From contig NC_088792.1 of the NCBI RefSeq assembly GCF_011386835.1, positions 287,556,001-287,620,000 on the forward strand: a stretch of 64,000 bases of DNA, read 5' to 3'. A model generated the notes under the pieces. That model did no database searches, was not told the DNA's origin, and saw only the letters and a list, made by a program, of their open reading frames with translations. A program made the position numbers and the translations under genes. Shown here in pieces: positions 37,001-50,413 of this stretch (positions within the stretch are counted from its first letter, which is position 1; each line of letters opens with the position of its first letter). Origin of the DNA: Chrysemys picta bellii. Lineage: Eukaryota.

Positions 37001-38399
37001 TCAGTTCTTATAGGCTTGTGATATATTGTCTTAATATGTGGCAGTCTGGTCCTAAATCTAGATATACATTTTCCTTTTACAGGCAGTAAATATGTGTTAA
37101 CATTCACAAGACCACTTCTAGCCAAAAAATATATAGCACCATAGATGGGCACCTGGCACTGTAAGGCAAGGGGCCAAAGTCCTTACAGGTGTAAACTGGT
37201 GCAATGCCACTGACTACAGTGCTTACTGCAGTGGTGAATTTAGTCTGAGGGGCTTGTGTTAGACTTAAGGAAGACCAACACATCATGGAAAGTGTGGGTA
37301 AGACAATTAGGTTCTCCATCTTTTGCCCTGCTTTTTACTTTCTTACCAAGCCCTGTTTGTTGCTTTTCCTGCATCAGCCCCATTGGTGTGTAAACGACAC
37401 CAGTGGCATTAGTGTCTTGCTTATGCTAACTTACCCTAAACTTCAGCTTGTTAGCCTTAAAAAGGTACCATGTTGTATCCCTAAAATCTATCAGAGCTAA
37501 TAGTCTCAAGACTTGCATTGAATATTTTGCTTCATTCTTTGTTTTAATTCTTTTATAATTTGGAAAAGGCTGTGCTATAGTTACTGGCCTTCCAGATGTG
37601 ACTGAGCCCCTGTTCTCTGTCAGGTAGCCCTAAATCCTTGGAGAAGGCTTTTATCTGGGGCAGAGAAGAGGTGAAGCCTGTTTGGGGGCATCATGTGGCT
37701 GCCACAGATCTATCCTCTGCTGGGACTGTATGTAACCACTTGGGAGAGCAGTGACTACTGGGAGACCTGGGGGTTCAAAGGACTATATTGAACAGTGTGC
37801 CAGACAAAGATGGACTTTTGGAACAAAAGTGTTAATATTTAGGGGGAGGTGAATACAGATTCCCCACCTCCAGTTTTGCAAAAACACAGCCTTTTGAAGC
37901 TGTGCCCTGAAGAGTGGGCCATTGTCTGCTGATCACCCATTACTTGAAACCAAGATTAAAGGCCTACACTGTATAAAGGAAAGACTGAATTATTCATGGT
38001 GGTTCTGCTTCTGAATCTGAGAGCATGTCTATATTACAAACTTTTGCCAATGCAAGTTACATTGTCAGAAAGCCACCACAGTTAGTATATTGCTTGCTTG
38101 CACACACACTTGGTTCCTTGCGTTGGCCCTGTGTGTACTCACCATGAGTGCTTGTTTCGATGCACAGCGTAGTGCACCATGGGCAGGTATCCAGTGCAGT
38201 GTCTTTTGGGAAGCTTTGGCAATGCATGGGGGAGCAGAAACAAGTCGTGCAGGGGTGACTGGGACAGCAGGGTGAAGTTCCCATCATGCAACTTTCTCCA
38301 TCCCATCATGCTATTTCTATCTCATAATTTTCACACCTATTTTGAAAATCCAATTAACTCATGCAGGATTTGTCACTGTCTACCATCTCTGACAGAAGC

Positions 38400-39552
38400 A
38401 TTAAACCTGCGCAACTCTACACTACTGTCATGGACATTATAAGCACAGGACACAAGATCTTCCAGTATTTGCAGAGCTGCAAGGGAATGGGGTGATTTTT
38501 CCTGGAGATCCATTTGCTGTAGCAAGAACCAATTAAAGATAGGTAGTAGTGTTCGTGGAGCAGCTGAAAATGGTGGAGCACCGCTTCTGAGCCTGAGAAA
38601 CCAGCACTGAGTGGTGGGATTGCATTGTAATGCAGGCTTGGGATGACAAACAGTGGCTGCAGAACTTTCGGCTACACAAGGTCGCATTCCTGGATTTGTG
38701 TGCCGAGCTTGCCTCAGCTCTCCCGTCCAGGGACCCCAGACTGAGAGCTGCATTGACAGTGGAGAATTGAGTGGCAATTGCCCTGTGGAAACTTGTGCTG
38801 ACAGATTTCCCACTGACCAGTAGCAATAATTTTGGATTTGGAAAATCCACTGTGGGGGGGGCTGTTGTCATGCAAGTGTGCAGGGCCATTAATTGTCTCC
38901 TGCTACAAGGACTGTGACTCTCAGCAACATTCAGGACATAATGGATGGTTTTGCTGCAGTGGAGTTCCCAAACTGTCGTAGAGCAATAGACTCATACATA
39001 TCCCTATTTTGGCACCAAACCACCTTGCCGCAGAGTACATCAACAGAAAGGGCCATTTTTCTATGGTTACAAACACAGGACTGTTCAGAAAGCTACAAGC
39101 AGGGACTTTTTTTTTCCTGACTGGCAGACTACCAGTAGCAATGTTGAAATGCCAATAGTGATCCCGGGGGTCCCAGCCTACAACTTACTCCCCTGGTTCA
39201 CGAAAACGTATGCCAACCACCTCGACAGCATCAAGGAAAGATTCAACTACCAGCTCAACATGTACAGAATGACAATTAAAGTGATTTTTGTAGATTGAAG
39301 GGGTGCTGGAATTGTTGACTTACAAGATTGGATCTCAATGAGAAAAATATCCCAGTGGTTATAGCAGCCTGCTGTGTCCTGCATAATATCCGTGAAGCAA
39401 AGGAGGAAAAGCTGCTGCTAGAGTGGAGGGTGTAGGCAGAACAGCTGCCTGCCGAGTTTGAACAGCCCGACACAAGGGCTATCAGAACTCAGTGCAGAAC
39501 TATATGGCTCAGGGAGTCTTTGAAACGGCATTTTAACAGTGAACCACGGTAA
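38400..39552 (+). pseudogene. Harbinger DDE transposase (HARBI1-like), frameshifted and internally deleted
   Basis: Recognisable peptide pieces: AVVMQVCRAIN, VTLSNIQDIMDGFAAVEFPNCRRAID, YINRKG, PAY.LLPWFTK.Y, FNYQL, NIPVVIAACCVLHNI. Confidence 0.88.
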
Positions 39553-39959
39553 TGTGTGTGGTGTATTGTGCTCTACCTGGCCTTGCAGTTTGGGGGCCTG
39601 TTAGGAATTATGTGGTGCTTGGTAGTCATCTATGAATATAACACTGACAGTGCACCTATTAATAGTGTGATGCTTCTGGTCCATTTATGATTATTACACC
39701 ATTTGTCACTGATCCCATGAGTTGTGCACAATAATAAGTGGGTGCTTTCAATACTGCCAGCCATTCTGCAGCATATATTGGGAACTAATAAAGATGAATT
39801 ATTTCCCAAACAAGAGAGTTTTACTGAGTAATGAAAACAAATTTAAAAAAAATTCTGTGCAAGTTAAAAGCAAATACATTAAGACTTTAATAAATTTATG
39901 GAACAGAGCTTAAAGAAAGGGAAGGAACATTCATGTCCATTTTAGCTACGCATGTATCA

Positions 39960-41662
39960 ACAGGGGGTCTGACAGGTCAGTATGCGAAGCTGTGGTTATC
40001 CTTAAGGTCCCCTGGAGTGGAGAGGTAGAGGTAGGAATGGGGCCCGTGATGCCACGTGGCATGTCGAGGGGGAGTTTAGAGAAGTGCTATACTGGAGTTG
40101 ACCATGGACTGCAAAGAGAAGTGGGCCTGGGATCATTGAACCTGTAGGTCGAAAAGAGTCTGGGGCATGTTTGCTGCCAGGGAAGTCCTATTATGTCCAG
40201 GTGCATTTCCCTCCCCAAATCCTGGGCCTTTCTCCATGCAGTCTGCCATATTCATCACCAAGTGGTCTGTTCACGGTCTGATTGTAAGCATTGGCTTACA
40301 GGATCTCACTGAACATGTCATCTTGAGTCCTCTTCTTTCTCCTCCTCGGGCTCATGTGTTCTGTGGGTGTGGGGGGGACCCCTCAAGGTGCAATGGTAAA
40401 ACACACACAGGTACAATTGCCAGTATAGTTTCAAAGGAAAGCATAAATTAAGTTTCAGATCTCCCTTCCCTTGCTTCCCATAAGTTTTAAACAAGACATG
40501 CAATAGCGTAGTAGACATCATACATATCCCTATTTTGGCTTCTGCTTTGGAGTGTTTATGCATGGGTACCATGCCCAGCTCCAGTCATGGTGAGTATGGC
40601 CCGCCATCAGTGAGGAAAATGAGAAGGGAATTGCTCAGTTGCATGAAACGGAGTGTAGGGGACTGGCACAGAATCCTGGCACTATTTTCTACGGGCGGTG
40701 ATGATTATCGCTGATCTCACTCCTGAGGGTAACAAAGGCACAGCAAGAGAATCAGCTGCTTGCTGGCATCCCAAAGTTGCCTGGGCCCGTAAGCAGCTAG
40801 CCCATTTACTGCAATGGTGCCTACTGAAGTTATTGCTGACTGGTGTGGAAAGGTGTCCTACCGTGGAGGAAGAAATAAGGCTGCCATCCGTAGAAACCTA
40901 CGGGAGAGGATTGCAGAGTACCTCCATGAAAGTTTCATCAGTTCTCTCAGGAGGATTTACGGGACATCCCTGTGCACATAAACAAAGTGCTCTGCATGGC
41001 CCCTCTTGCCTAACTAACTCTACCTCTCTTTGTTGTACTGCTGCCTCTTCTCATAAGAGTAAATTAATGAAGAGTTAGCTGTGTCCTGCTAAGTTGGGGG
41101 TTCCATCACTCTGATGGGAAATAAATTGATATACTTACTCAAGGTTCCTTCCCCTGCTTCGGACTCGCCCATGCTTGACTGACTGGACTGCGGTGGAGTC
41201 TCAAACAGGTCCTGGCTCGTGGCATAGCTGGACCCCACAGTTGTATGTCCCCCATCCTCCTCCTCTTCCTCCACCTCCTTGACTTAGCTGTTAACGTGAG
41301 GGGCATGTGACTTGGTGGTGGTGGTGGTGGTGGGGTCTCCACCAAGTATGGCACGGTAGCACTTTGTAAAAATGGCAGGTCTGTGGCTCGGCACCAGATC
41401 AACTGTTGGCCTCGCTGGCCTGATGTGCGTCCGGCAGTTCCTTCACTTTCACATGGCCCTTCTGCTAGTTCCTGTTGTCCCCCTTTTCCTGCAACCCCCA
41501 TGCAATCTGCTCGTAGATGTCCATGTTTCTACACCTGATCCTTAGCTGTTCTTGCACAGCCTCTTTGCCACACAGGCCCAGGAAATCTAATCTCTCCTGT
41601 CTACTCAAGCTGGAGCGCGTCTGGAGCATGTTGCCAGCATGGTCAGCTGGGCAGTTGGACAC
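39960..41662 (-). pseudogene. Harbinger Myb/SANT-like (trihelix) DNA-binding protein gene, spliced, decayed
   Basis: LDFLGLCGKEAVQEQLRIRCRNMDIYEQIAWGLQEKG (41465-41662); acidic SQDLFETP..GEGT segment ending at a GTAAGT donor (41138-41133 on minus); later RRRKKRTQDDMFSEIL near 40300-40350. The 3' boundary is approximate. Confidence 0.8.
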
Positions 41663-44169
41663 CCCAATGGAGAGCTGTTAAGTGTGCTTGCCAAGCTGGC
41701 AGATCAGAAAACGGCATTTCAAAAATTCCCAGGGCTTTAAAAGGGGAAGAGGGCCTTCTGGTGTCCCTGACCCCTGGGCAGTGGCGTTCACAATTGAGGC
41801 CAGACCCGTCAGTGTCAGGCATTGTAGGACACTTGCTGGAGGACGGTTAGGGTCGACACAGATAATGCAGCATCTACATTTGTGCTGCATCATCTTCAAT
41901 ACATCGAGCATAGCTCAACACCGCTTGGGGAAATGGTGTTATTATGTCGGTGTAATGGAGCACTTGCATTGGCGGGAGACAAATTTAAGTGTAAACACGT
42001 ACACAACCCAGGCAGTGTAGATCAGACCTCAGACAGTTATGAACTTGTAACCATGGGGAAAACCCAGCTGTGTGTTTTGAAGGACTGACCGCTACTAGAG
42101 CTTGAGGCTGGAGTAGCGCCAGAGGCTGGAGTTAGGGTGACCTCTAATAAGCTTTTTAGCATGCACGTAGGCTTCTTTAATGCTTTTAATATATTTTCTC
42201 TATCATGCTTTCACCTTAAGAATAATGCTCTTGCTTATAAAGAGCTGTGTGGAAACTTACAACTGTGGGCCCTTATGCGGTTTATAGCCTCTGGAGGAAA
42301 AGCAAAGTGCAGATGCTAACCTGTTTAGGCAGTCTGGCTTGCTGGGAATGTCACCCGTGTAGGCAGGAAACTATGCAGTCTGGAAAAAAAAAAACCACAC
42401 TCAGGAGGGAGAGAGAGACAGGTCTCTGCCCAAGAGAGAGAATGGCTGGGAACCAGAAACTTAGGGTGGGTGCCCTTGACCATGAGGGGGGAATACAGGT
42501 AAAGTTGCCCTGAACTGTGACAGTCTTCATGATGATTCTGCCAGATAAAGTATATTGGCCAAACCCATTTATTTTTATTCCCCTGCTGTTTAATAAGGGA
42601 GTACTCCTGTTCTTAGACAACTGCATCCTGTTTCAAGCTACCTGATAACTGTCGATCTTAGTGGAGTGTTTCCAAAAGTCAGTTGACAGATATTTCCAGA
42701 CTGACTTCCTTCTTTGTTTACTTTAATACTGTATTGAGCTAATGTAACTAGCAGAAATCACATTAATTTCAAGCCCGCTGTTTGTGGCTCACATGGTCGA
42801 TTGGCTCCCAAGCCAAGGAAACCCCATGGGGAGAACCCCCAGCTTAACCCAAAGTGGACTGCACTCAAGTTTGATCAGAAAAGTACCAGAAAATGCTGAG
42901 TTAATGAGGACTCTAGGGGCAGCTTGCTAGTTGTGCTTGTAATAGATCCAGACTTGCTCTTTCTCAGGCATTATATGTGCTTCACAGTGATAATTAATGC
43001 TGATTAGAAATAAGACACATTTTATTAACGAAGGAGCAGCGTTACTAAACGGAAGTGCGACAGGCACAGATTTGCTTTTCTTCAGGGTGGGTTCCTCCCA
43101 GGAACCTGCATATTGCTGACCATGCTCTTGGAGTTATGGGCCTGTGTCGCTGAAGAGATGCGGTATGTGCCTCCTCCCAGCACCTGCAGTTCACGTGGCA
43201 GAAAGAAAAGAATTGATCACATGCCCATCTACCTTACCTCAAAGCTAGAGAGGGGAGGAGCCCTGCAATGGGACTTCAGAATCCCAGCAAGTCTCATTTC
43301 ATCTCGTTGTAACACACTTGCCATCAGGACATTCGAGTGCCTCCGTCCCACTGCTCAGGTGGCTGGTAAGGCCTGTAAAGGACCTGAACCTCCTAAGGCA
43401 AGTGATGCTACAGAGCTATTTCAGGCTGCACACGGTCCAATCCAGCGCACACAGTGAAAAATGTCAGATTAAGGAACAATTTATTTAACGGAGCTTTGTC
43501 CGGGGAGGGATGGGGTTAGGCAAGCACTACCCACCCCTGCCCAGAAACACAGTACCAGTCCCTAATTATACTAATGCGTCAATTATGTTTTCGTAGCAGC
43601 AAAGGCTCCCACTCGGAGGTAGGTGTAACAATCTGTATGGGCCAATCAGTCTTTATTCTCACAGGAAGAAATAGTGCTCCTCAAACCTTATTTGAAAGTG
43701 CACCTTTAGAACATGTTTGCATGTTCTATCTCATTAGCAAAAGGTCCTGGGAAGAGGGGGCAGGATTTGCTCCTAGGTGCAAAGTTCAGCTCTCCCAGCA
43801 AGCTTGGAGCGTCTATTAAGAGCTCCTAGCACACTCAGAGCAGACTCAGTAACATTATTGTAATGTCTGCTGAGTGAGTGCTTTCTGTACCAACATGATT
43901 TATGACATTAAACTCTATACAAACTTCCCATGGATCACTACACAAACCCTGGAATTCAGCCACCACTGGGGGCACACAGCAACTTAGGATAGAATATGAC
44001 AGTGTACTCTAATCAGAGAAGGGAATTTGGGATGGCAGAATAGAATTATCAGAGTTGGAACCTGGCAACATCACTGGGGTTAGACTTCTTTAACTCTTGT
44101 GGGAGGTGCCATTAGCTCTTTATCTCAGTGTCCGGGGCCACAGGTCTCAAACACTGGTCCACAGTGCTC

Positions 44170-44669
44170 TTAGGAGCTAGTAGGTTCCAACCTGCCACCC
44201 GTTAACCTGCCAGCAGGTACTAGGATAGAAACTGAGCCCGACAAAGGACTCCAGTCCAGGACTCTGACTGGTAGAATGCTGGGGACTCTGATTGGGTCAA
44301 AGTTTCTATATAAACCCAGCCCAGAAACACAAAGTTGTCCATGCAACTGGGCTCCACCTTGCTCTGGACTGTGCTTATGCTTCCTGCTCCCTGGCTTGAG
44401 TTCCTGGTAGCATGACCTGGTCTGACTCTGGTTACCAATTTGTGGTTCTGCTCTCAAGTTTGTCCCCTTGCTTCGGATCTCCCAGGAACCTGACCCTGCC
44501 TGCCTCCTGACTCTCAACTTTTGGTTTGCCCTCTGACTTCCTGGTATCTGAGCCGGCCTGACTCCCAACTCCTGCTCTGACCACTAGACTAGAAGATCAT
44601 AATGGTCCCTTCTGACCTTACAAGTCTATGAGTCTATGAGGTCAGACCGCCTATGTCCCGGTTGTGATA
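44170..44669 (+). mobile_element. Probable solo LTR (Gypsy/ERV-like); left boundary uncertain
   Basis: gattgg (reverse CCAAT) at 44290-44295, ctatataaa at 44306-44314, a pyrimidine-rich repetitive ctgact/ctgacc region, and a tgtgata end (degenerate TG...CA terminus). Interrupted by a CR1 tail. Confidence 0.5.
44587..44638 (+). mobile_element. Very short CR1 3' tail inserted in the LTR-like element
   Basis: gactagaagatcataatggtcccttctgacctta...agtctatgagtctatg octamer tail. Confidence 0.7.
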
Positions 44670-45309
44670 CTCTGCTTTGCCATCTTTCAGCAGAGATGTA
44701 GCCCCAGCACTACAGTGAGGAAGTGGGTTAACAATGAGTCAAATAGTGCCACTTTCTGAACTACTGACAATACTTCCAGCACTGTAGTATTAAGTGGCCA
44801 TCTCCCATCCATGGCCTTGTCTACAATACAAAATGCTCCCATGTTTGAACATGGGTGTTAATGGAGTTAGATGAGTCCTGAACGTGACTAGATGAGAGGC
44901 CCTGATCTGCGCTACCAGCTTCATTGCGTTTAGCATGTCATCTGGGTGCTATTCACAGCAGTGTTCAAGCACAGTAAAATGTGGTCAATGGTGAGTCTGC
45001 TTAGCTTAAGAGATGTGTCAAGATAACAGCACAACGCGGCAAGGCTGCGGGCCCCATCTCAGAACATGTGTGTGCTGTATAGAGGTAAGAGAGGAATTCC
45101 ATCCTAAACAATTAACAGTACAATAGGCCATTTTAGGCACCTACCACACACGTGCATCTCAGGGCAAAAGCCTCCTCTCAGATCTTCAGTGTGGATCTTG
45201 ACTTCAGTTCTCTTCAGCTGCCTGGAATGCCAACTGACCCCAGCTGCGGGCCTGTGCATGCAAGAGGAGATCTGACAAATAGTGCAAGAGGGAGCAAATG
45301 CAATATTCC

Positions 45310-45385
45310 AACAAGGGGGGGGAGGTAATATCTTTTATTAGACCAACATCTGTTGGTGAAAGAAGCTTTCCAGCTGCTACAACAC
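45310..45385. mobile_element. Fragment of a second Penelope-like family
   Basis: gaggtaatatcttttattagaccaac...tgttggtgaaagaagctttccagct carries the aagcttt terminal motif seen in the other PLE copies; family assignment from recollection. Confidence 0.45.
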
Positions 45386-46321
45386 TGCAAACATTTCAGC
45401 AAGTAACACCAAATACACTTGCTTAGCAAGAGAGCACGGGAAACAAAACCCCTTCCGTTGTAAACATCCTCCCGCAGCAGAAATGAATGCTTCAGACAGA
45501 GACCTAGGCCGACACCTATTTTTTGTTTTACAGATACCCAGGGCTCTGTGAGTAGAGCTCAATATAAAACAGACTTTAGGAACTGATCGGAGGCTGGCTG
45601 GCCAGTATTTCTGTCGCAACAGCACAATCAGCTACGGTTGCAAACCATGCCGGGCTTTCTGCTTTTGATACTAAATTACCTGCGCTGTTCAGCACAGCGG
45701 GACTGTGGGACTAAAGGCCCCCTGCTTGTTAGCCTTCAGTGTGTCACAGGCGCTTCAAACTGTCAAAACTACTTTTCTTTAGGGACTTCAAAAAAAATCA
45801 AAACACAGGGCAGGGGTGACGTTTTGGAGAGGGCACATGGATCTTAACCCAGCGTACTGGGAGCAAGCCAAAAGAGACGCTAGGTTGGATGTAATAATTA
45901 CAAGGGACAGCCTCATAACCTGCAGTTTTAGCTTCTGTAGCTCTTCAGCTGGACTGATTGGCCATCTTTGGGGGGGGTGGGGGGGTGGAGGAAAGGTGGA
46001 CACCCGTTCTTTGAGTGCTGTCCCTGTGGATGCTCCACTTCAGGTGGTGGTGCGTCCCGGTGCCGTCAATGGGAGATTTTTCCTAGCAGTGTCTGGTCTG
46101 GGCGCGCATGCGCAGTAGCTGTCTTGTGGCGCTGCTGATGCCTCTTCTGGCACGCGCATGCCCTGATCCCCTTCAGTTCCTCCTCAGCCGTCCTCAACTT
46201 GAGACGGAGTCCGCTAGCGGTGTCCCTACGAACTATAGAAAAATATAGTTTGTTTAATTTACTCTAATTAGTCTTAGATTAACATAGCAGTACTTTTGTA
46301 GTGTTAGATAGTTAAGAATTT

Positions 46322-48300
46322 TTGTGTGTGGAAATTTCCTTATTTTCATCCCCAAATCGGGATGCTTTAAAAATCCCTGGATCCCCAGGTTTTAAAAGGT
46401 GTGCATCTTGTAATGACGCCATGCTAATCTTGGATGGACACTCACTTTGTGCCTGCTACTTCGGGGAGGTGCACATTCCTCACAGGTGTACTCACTGCAA
46501 CAGCCTAAAGGCAAGGGCCAGGAGAGAGAGGGATCTCCATCTGAAACTAATCATAATGGAGAAATCCCTTTCCTCCGCAACAGAGGGAACAAGTGACTAC
46601 CCTGGGACTGTCTCTGTGGACAGGGTGAGTGCCTCCTCTTCGGAGAAATCAAGAAAAAGGGCCTTGTTGTCACCAAACCGCAGACCGTTAAAAAAGAAAC
46701 GGTCTCGGGCGAGATCCCTGCCATCGGTGCCGAGCTCATCAAGAGTGAGCACCTTTGATAAACGAGGCACCTCCGGCACCGTCCGCCCAGTGACCTCTGC
46801 CGGCAAGGGAAAGGAGCCGAGTGGTAGGCACCGTACAGCCTCTCCTCCATGGCACCGTCTACCCCTGCAAAGGATTCAGTACCGCAACCTGCACCGTAGG
46901 CGATGGCTTCGCCATTGGCACAGAGTGTGGAGGTGCCACGCACGGAAGAAACGAAACAGATGGTGGTGCAGAAGAAAGCCACTCAGAAACTATCAGCACC
47001 AAAAGAAATGGCACCGACCCCTCTCACTTGACTCTCTGAGATACTGACTACATCAGCACCCGGCTCTCCACTACTCGGCACCGCAAACTCGCCAGTACCG
47101 ACAGCACTGGACCAGCCTCATTCCCTCATCGCTCCGCCATTGTCAAGCGATGAGGAGGAGGAGGAAGGGGAGGCAGCCTTCTTCTCAGGACATTCTTTCC
47201 CAATGGAGACTGCCCAGCAATACAGTGCAAAGAACAGACAAGCAAGGGTGTGCCACCATGGCTTGCTAACCAATGGCCACAATGGGACCCAAGGGCAGAT
47301 TACAGGGCCCAATTCCAGAGACCCATGTCTGCACACAGGAAACCCATAAGGTTGGCAACATCAGTACCTGAACCCTCTGGGGACACAGAGGAAGGGGAAG
47401 AAGAGAGGAACAACAGCTCTGATCACGAGGAGTCACCAGAACACAACTCCTCATCTTCCCCAGATGAAGCAGTCATACCTACACCTGTGATGGCCCTTAA
47501 CGATTTCAGACATTTCCAGGAGCTATTTAGGCGAGTGGCATAGAGTCAAAACATCCCTCTAGAAGAGGTACAGAGAGACACCACCAACTCCTGAAGATCT
47601 TGCATACTTCCTCCTCATCAAAAATTGCCATTCCAATCGATGCCCTCCTGGAACCGGCAGATAGTGTGGCAAACACCGGCCTCCATCCCACCAACTAACA
47701 AACGCACGGACAAAAAAAATCACTTGCCAAATAAGGGCATGGAATTCCTGTTTGCACACCCACCACCAAACTCATTAGTGGTGGATGCAGTCAACCAATG
47801 GGGCAAACAATACAAGACCACACCTCAGGACATGGAATGGAAGAGTGTGGACCTATTAGGCTGAAAAGTCTACACCTTGGCCACACTGCAGTTCTGCACA
47901 GCGAACTACTCCACACTACTGGCAAACTACGACCATGATAATTACAACAAATTGACAGAATTCACTCAGGACATCCAAGAGGAGAAGAGACCAGTTCTGG
48001 GCTATCGTCAATGAAGGCCAGGTTTTCTCCATGACTGCACTCCAGACTGCCCTTGATGTAGCAGACACAGCAGCCCCCACGATGGCAACGGCCATAGTAA
48101 TGCGTAGGGCCTCATGGCTTCACTCCTCAGGAATCCCTGGAGAGCTCCAGCCCAAAGTGGAAGATCTGCCCTTTGACAGAGACCAGCTTTTTTCCACAAA
48201 AACAGACTGTCCTTCCCTCAATGAAGGACTCGACAGCAACATTACGGACCCTAGGGATATACACACCACCTAATAGGAGATGAAGGTACCAGCCCTACAA
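46322..48300 (+). pseudogene. DIRS ORF1 (gag-like) with a Cys/His-rich N-terminus; frameshifted
   Basis: FKRCASCNDAMLILDGHSLCACYFGEVHIPHRCTHC...RERDLHLKLIIMEK; later pieces DFRHFQELFRRVA and ALQTALDVADTAA..MATAIVMRRASWLHSSG...EDLPFD. End approximate. Confidence 0.8.
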
Positions 48301-48619
48301 CAGGAACAGAGACAACACATCTCAATGCCAGCAGAGACCATACGACACATGGGGCCAAAGAAACAGAACACAGGGACGTTGACAGAACCAGTCACGGAAC
48401 GTGGTGTCCCAACCACACCAAACAAGCTGCAATTGAAGCATTGGTCGACGGTTTGCATGACCTCCCCATAACCCCAGCGTCAACGACCAATACCCATATC
48501 TTTGTGCACTGACTCAGACCATATTACAACAACTGGGCATCCATCACCTTGGACCAGTGGGTATTAGAGCTCATTCAAATGGGCTAAACCATCCCCTTTT
48601 ACATCTATCCCACCTTCCC

Positions 48620-49480
48620 CGTCCCTCTTCAGGTACCCTTCTCACAAGCACCTGTTGAGACAAGAGGTACATCACCGATTACAAATAGGTGCAGTGGAAC
48701 TAGTTCAATCACAACACAGAGGGAAGGGATTCTATTCCCATTACTTCCTGACCCAAAAGAAAAACGGGATGGAGACCCATCCTTGATCTGAGAAGACTCA
48801 ACAAATTTGTCCGTGCTCACAGTGCTCAAAATGGTCACCCTGAGCTCAGTCATCCCTATGCTGGAAGAAGGGGACTACACGATGCATACTTTCATATTAG
48901 AATCCGTCTGGCTCACAGATGCTTCCTAAGGTTCACAGTCGGACAAGAACATTTCCAATACAGAGTGCTACCATTCGGTCTCTCAACGGCACCGAGAGTA
49001 TTCACCAAAACGCTGGCGGTAATAGCGGCTCACTTACGCAGAAGGGGGATACTGATATTCCCTTATTTAGATGACTGCCTACTCAAAGGCACCACAAAGA
49101 CAGGAACAGAAGGAAGCATTCAAATAACCATCTCTCTTTCACTCCCTGGGACTTCAACTCAACCAAAAGAAAGCCACCCGCATTCCGGGACAGCAGCTTG
49201 AGTTCATTGGAGCCCACCTGGACTCCCTCATGGCCAGAGCATCACTACCAGGACCACGTTTCACAACAATGACCTCCCTTATATCAGTGGTCTCTCCCAG
49301 TCCGTGGGTACATGTGCGAACGTGCCTACAACTCTTGGGACATATGGCTGCTACCATATGTTGTAAAACACGCCAGGCTACACATGCGGTGCCTTCAGAG
49401 GTGGCTAAATCAGTATACAGCCCACGAAAACACAGCCTAAACAAGAGAATCACATCCACTGCAGAGGTGATATAATCACT
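48620..49480 (+). pseudogene. DIRS reverse transcriptase, frameshifted
   Basis: RPILDLRRLNKFV and YRVLPFGLSTAPRVFTK...IFPYLDDCL; YLDD at 49064-49075. Confidence 0.92.
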
Positions 49481-49643
49481 AGGCTGGTGGACAAACCCAA
49501 CGAACGTTTGCTCCGCTGTACCATTCCAGCAAGAGCCACCATCTGTTCAAATTACGACAGATGCCTCCCTGATCAGATGGGGGAGCTCACTGAACCAACA
49601 TACCATCCAGGGCAAATGGTCCCCTGCAGAAACTCATCAACAC

Positions 49644-50339
49644 ATGAACCTGCTAGAACTACACGCGGTCCGCAGTGTATGCTGCCACTTCCTTCCTCTC
49701 ATAAGAGATGGAACGATACGGATCCTAACAGACAACATCCTCATGTATGTCCTATATAAACCGCCAGGGTGGGGCACAATTCCACTCTTTTTATGTGCAG
49801 AAGTTCTAAAACTATGGAACTGGTGCATAAGGCCCAACATCACTCTCACAGCATCATACCTACTGGGCTGCCTCAATATCATGGCAGATACTCTAAGCAG
49901 AGAGTTCTCCCCAGAACGCGAATGGGAACTGAACAAAGAAATAACACATTGTTTTTTCCACAGATGGGGAACTCCATTGATAGACCTATTTGCGATGCGA
50001 GCAAACAAGAAATGCCCAAAGTTCTGCTCACGTGCCGGACAGGGAGCACAATCACTGGGAGACACATTCCTTATCAAATGGAACGCCCCTCTTCTATATG
50101 CCTTCCCACCGATTCCTCTGATCCCCAGGGTCATACACAAAACAAGAACCCACAGGGCCAAGCTAATCCTTTATAGTGCCAACATGACCCAGACAGACTT
50201 GGTTCCCTTACCTGTCCCGCATGGCACTATGCAAGCCATTCACTCTCCCCATCCTACAAAATCTCCTCTCACAGGACAACGATCAACCACTCCATCCGAA
50301 TCCAGGCAAACGCTAGCTGAAAGAATGGCTCCATCCTGA
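49644..50339 (+). pseudogene. DIRS RNase H C-terminal part plus DNA adenine methyltransferase-like (MT) domain
   Basis: MNLLELHAVR...ILTDN (RNase H), then WGTPLIDLFA (DLFA at 49983-49994) and LYAFPPIPLI (YAFPP at 50097-50111). Confidence 0.85.
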
Positions 50340-50413
50340 GGAATTAACCTGTCCTGATCAAGTAAAACAAGTACTGATTAACAGCAGGAAACATTCCACA
50401 TGCTCTGGTTACC

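Larger units (their letters stand above)
38021..42002. mobile_element. Decayed autonomous-type Harbinger/PIF transposon with convergent transposase and Myb/SANT genes
   Basis: Left end gagcatgtctatattacaaacttttgccaatgcaagt; the reverse complement of the right end, gtacgtgtttacactt...gccaatgcaagt, shares this degenerate TIR. Two characteristic ORF remnants lie inside. Confidence 0.85.
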
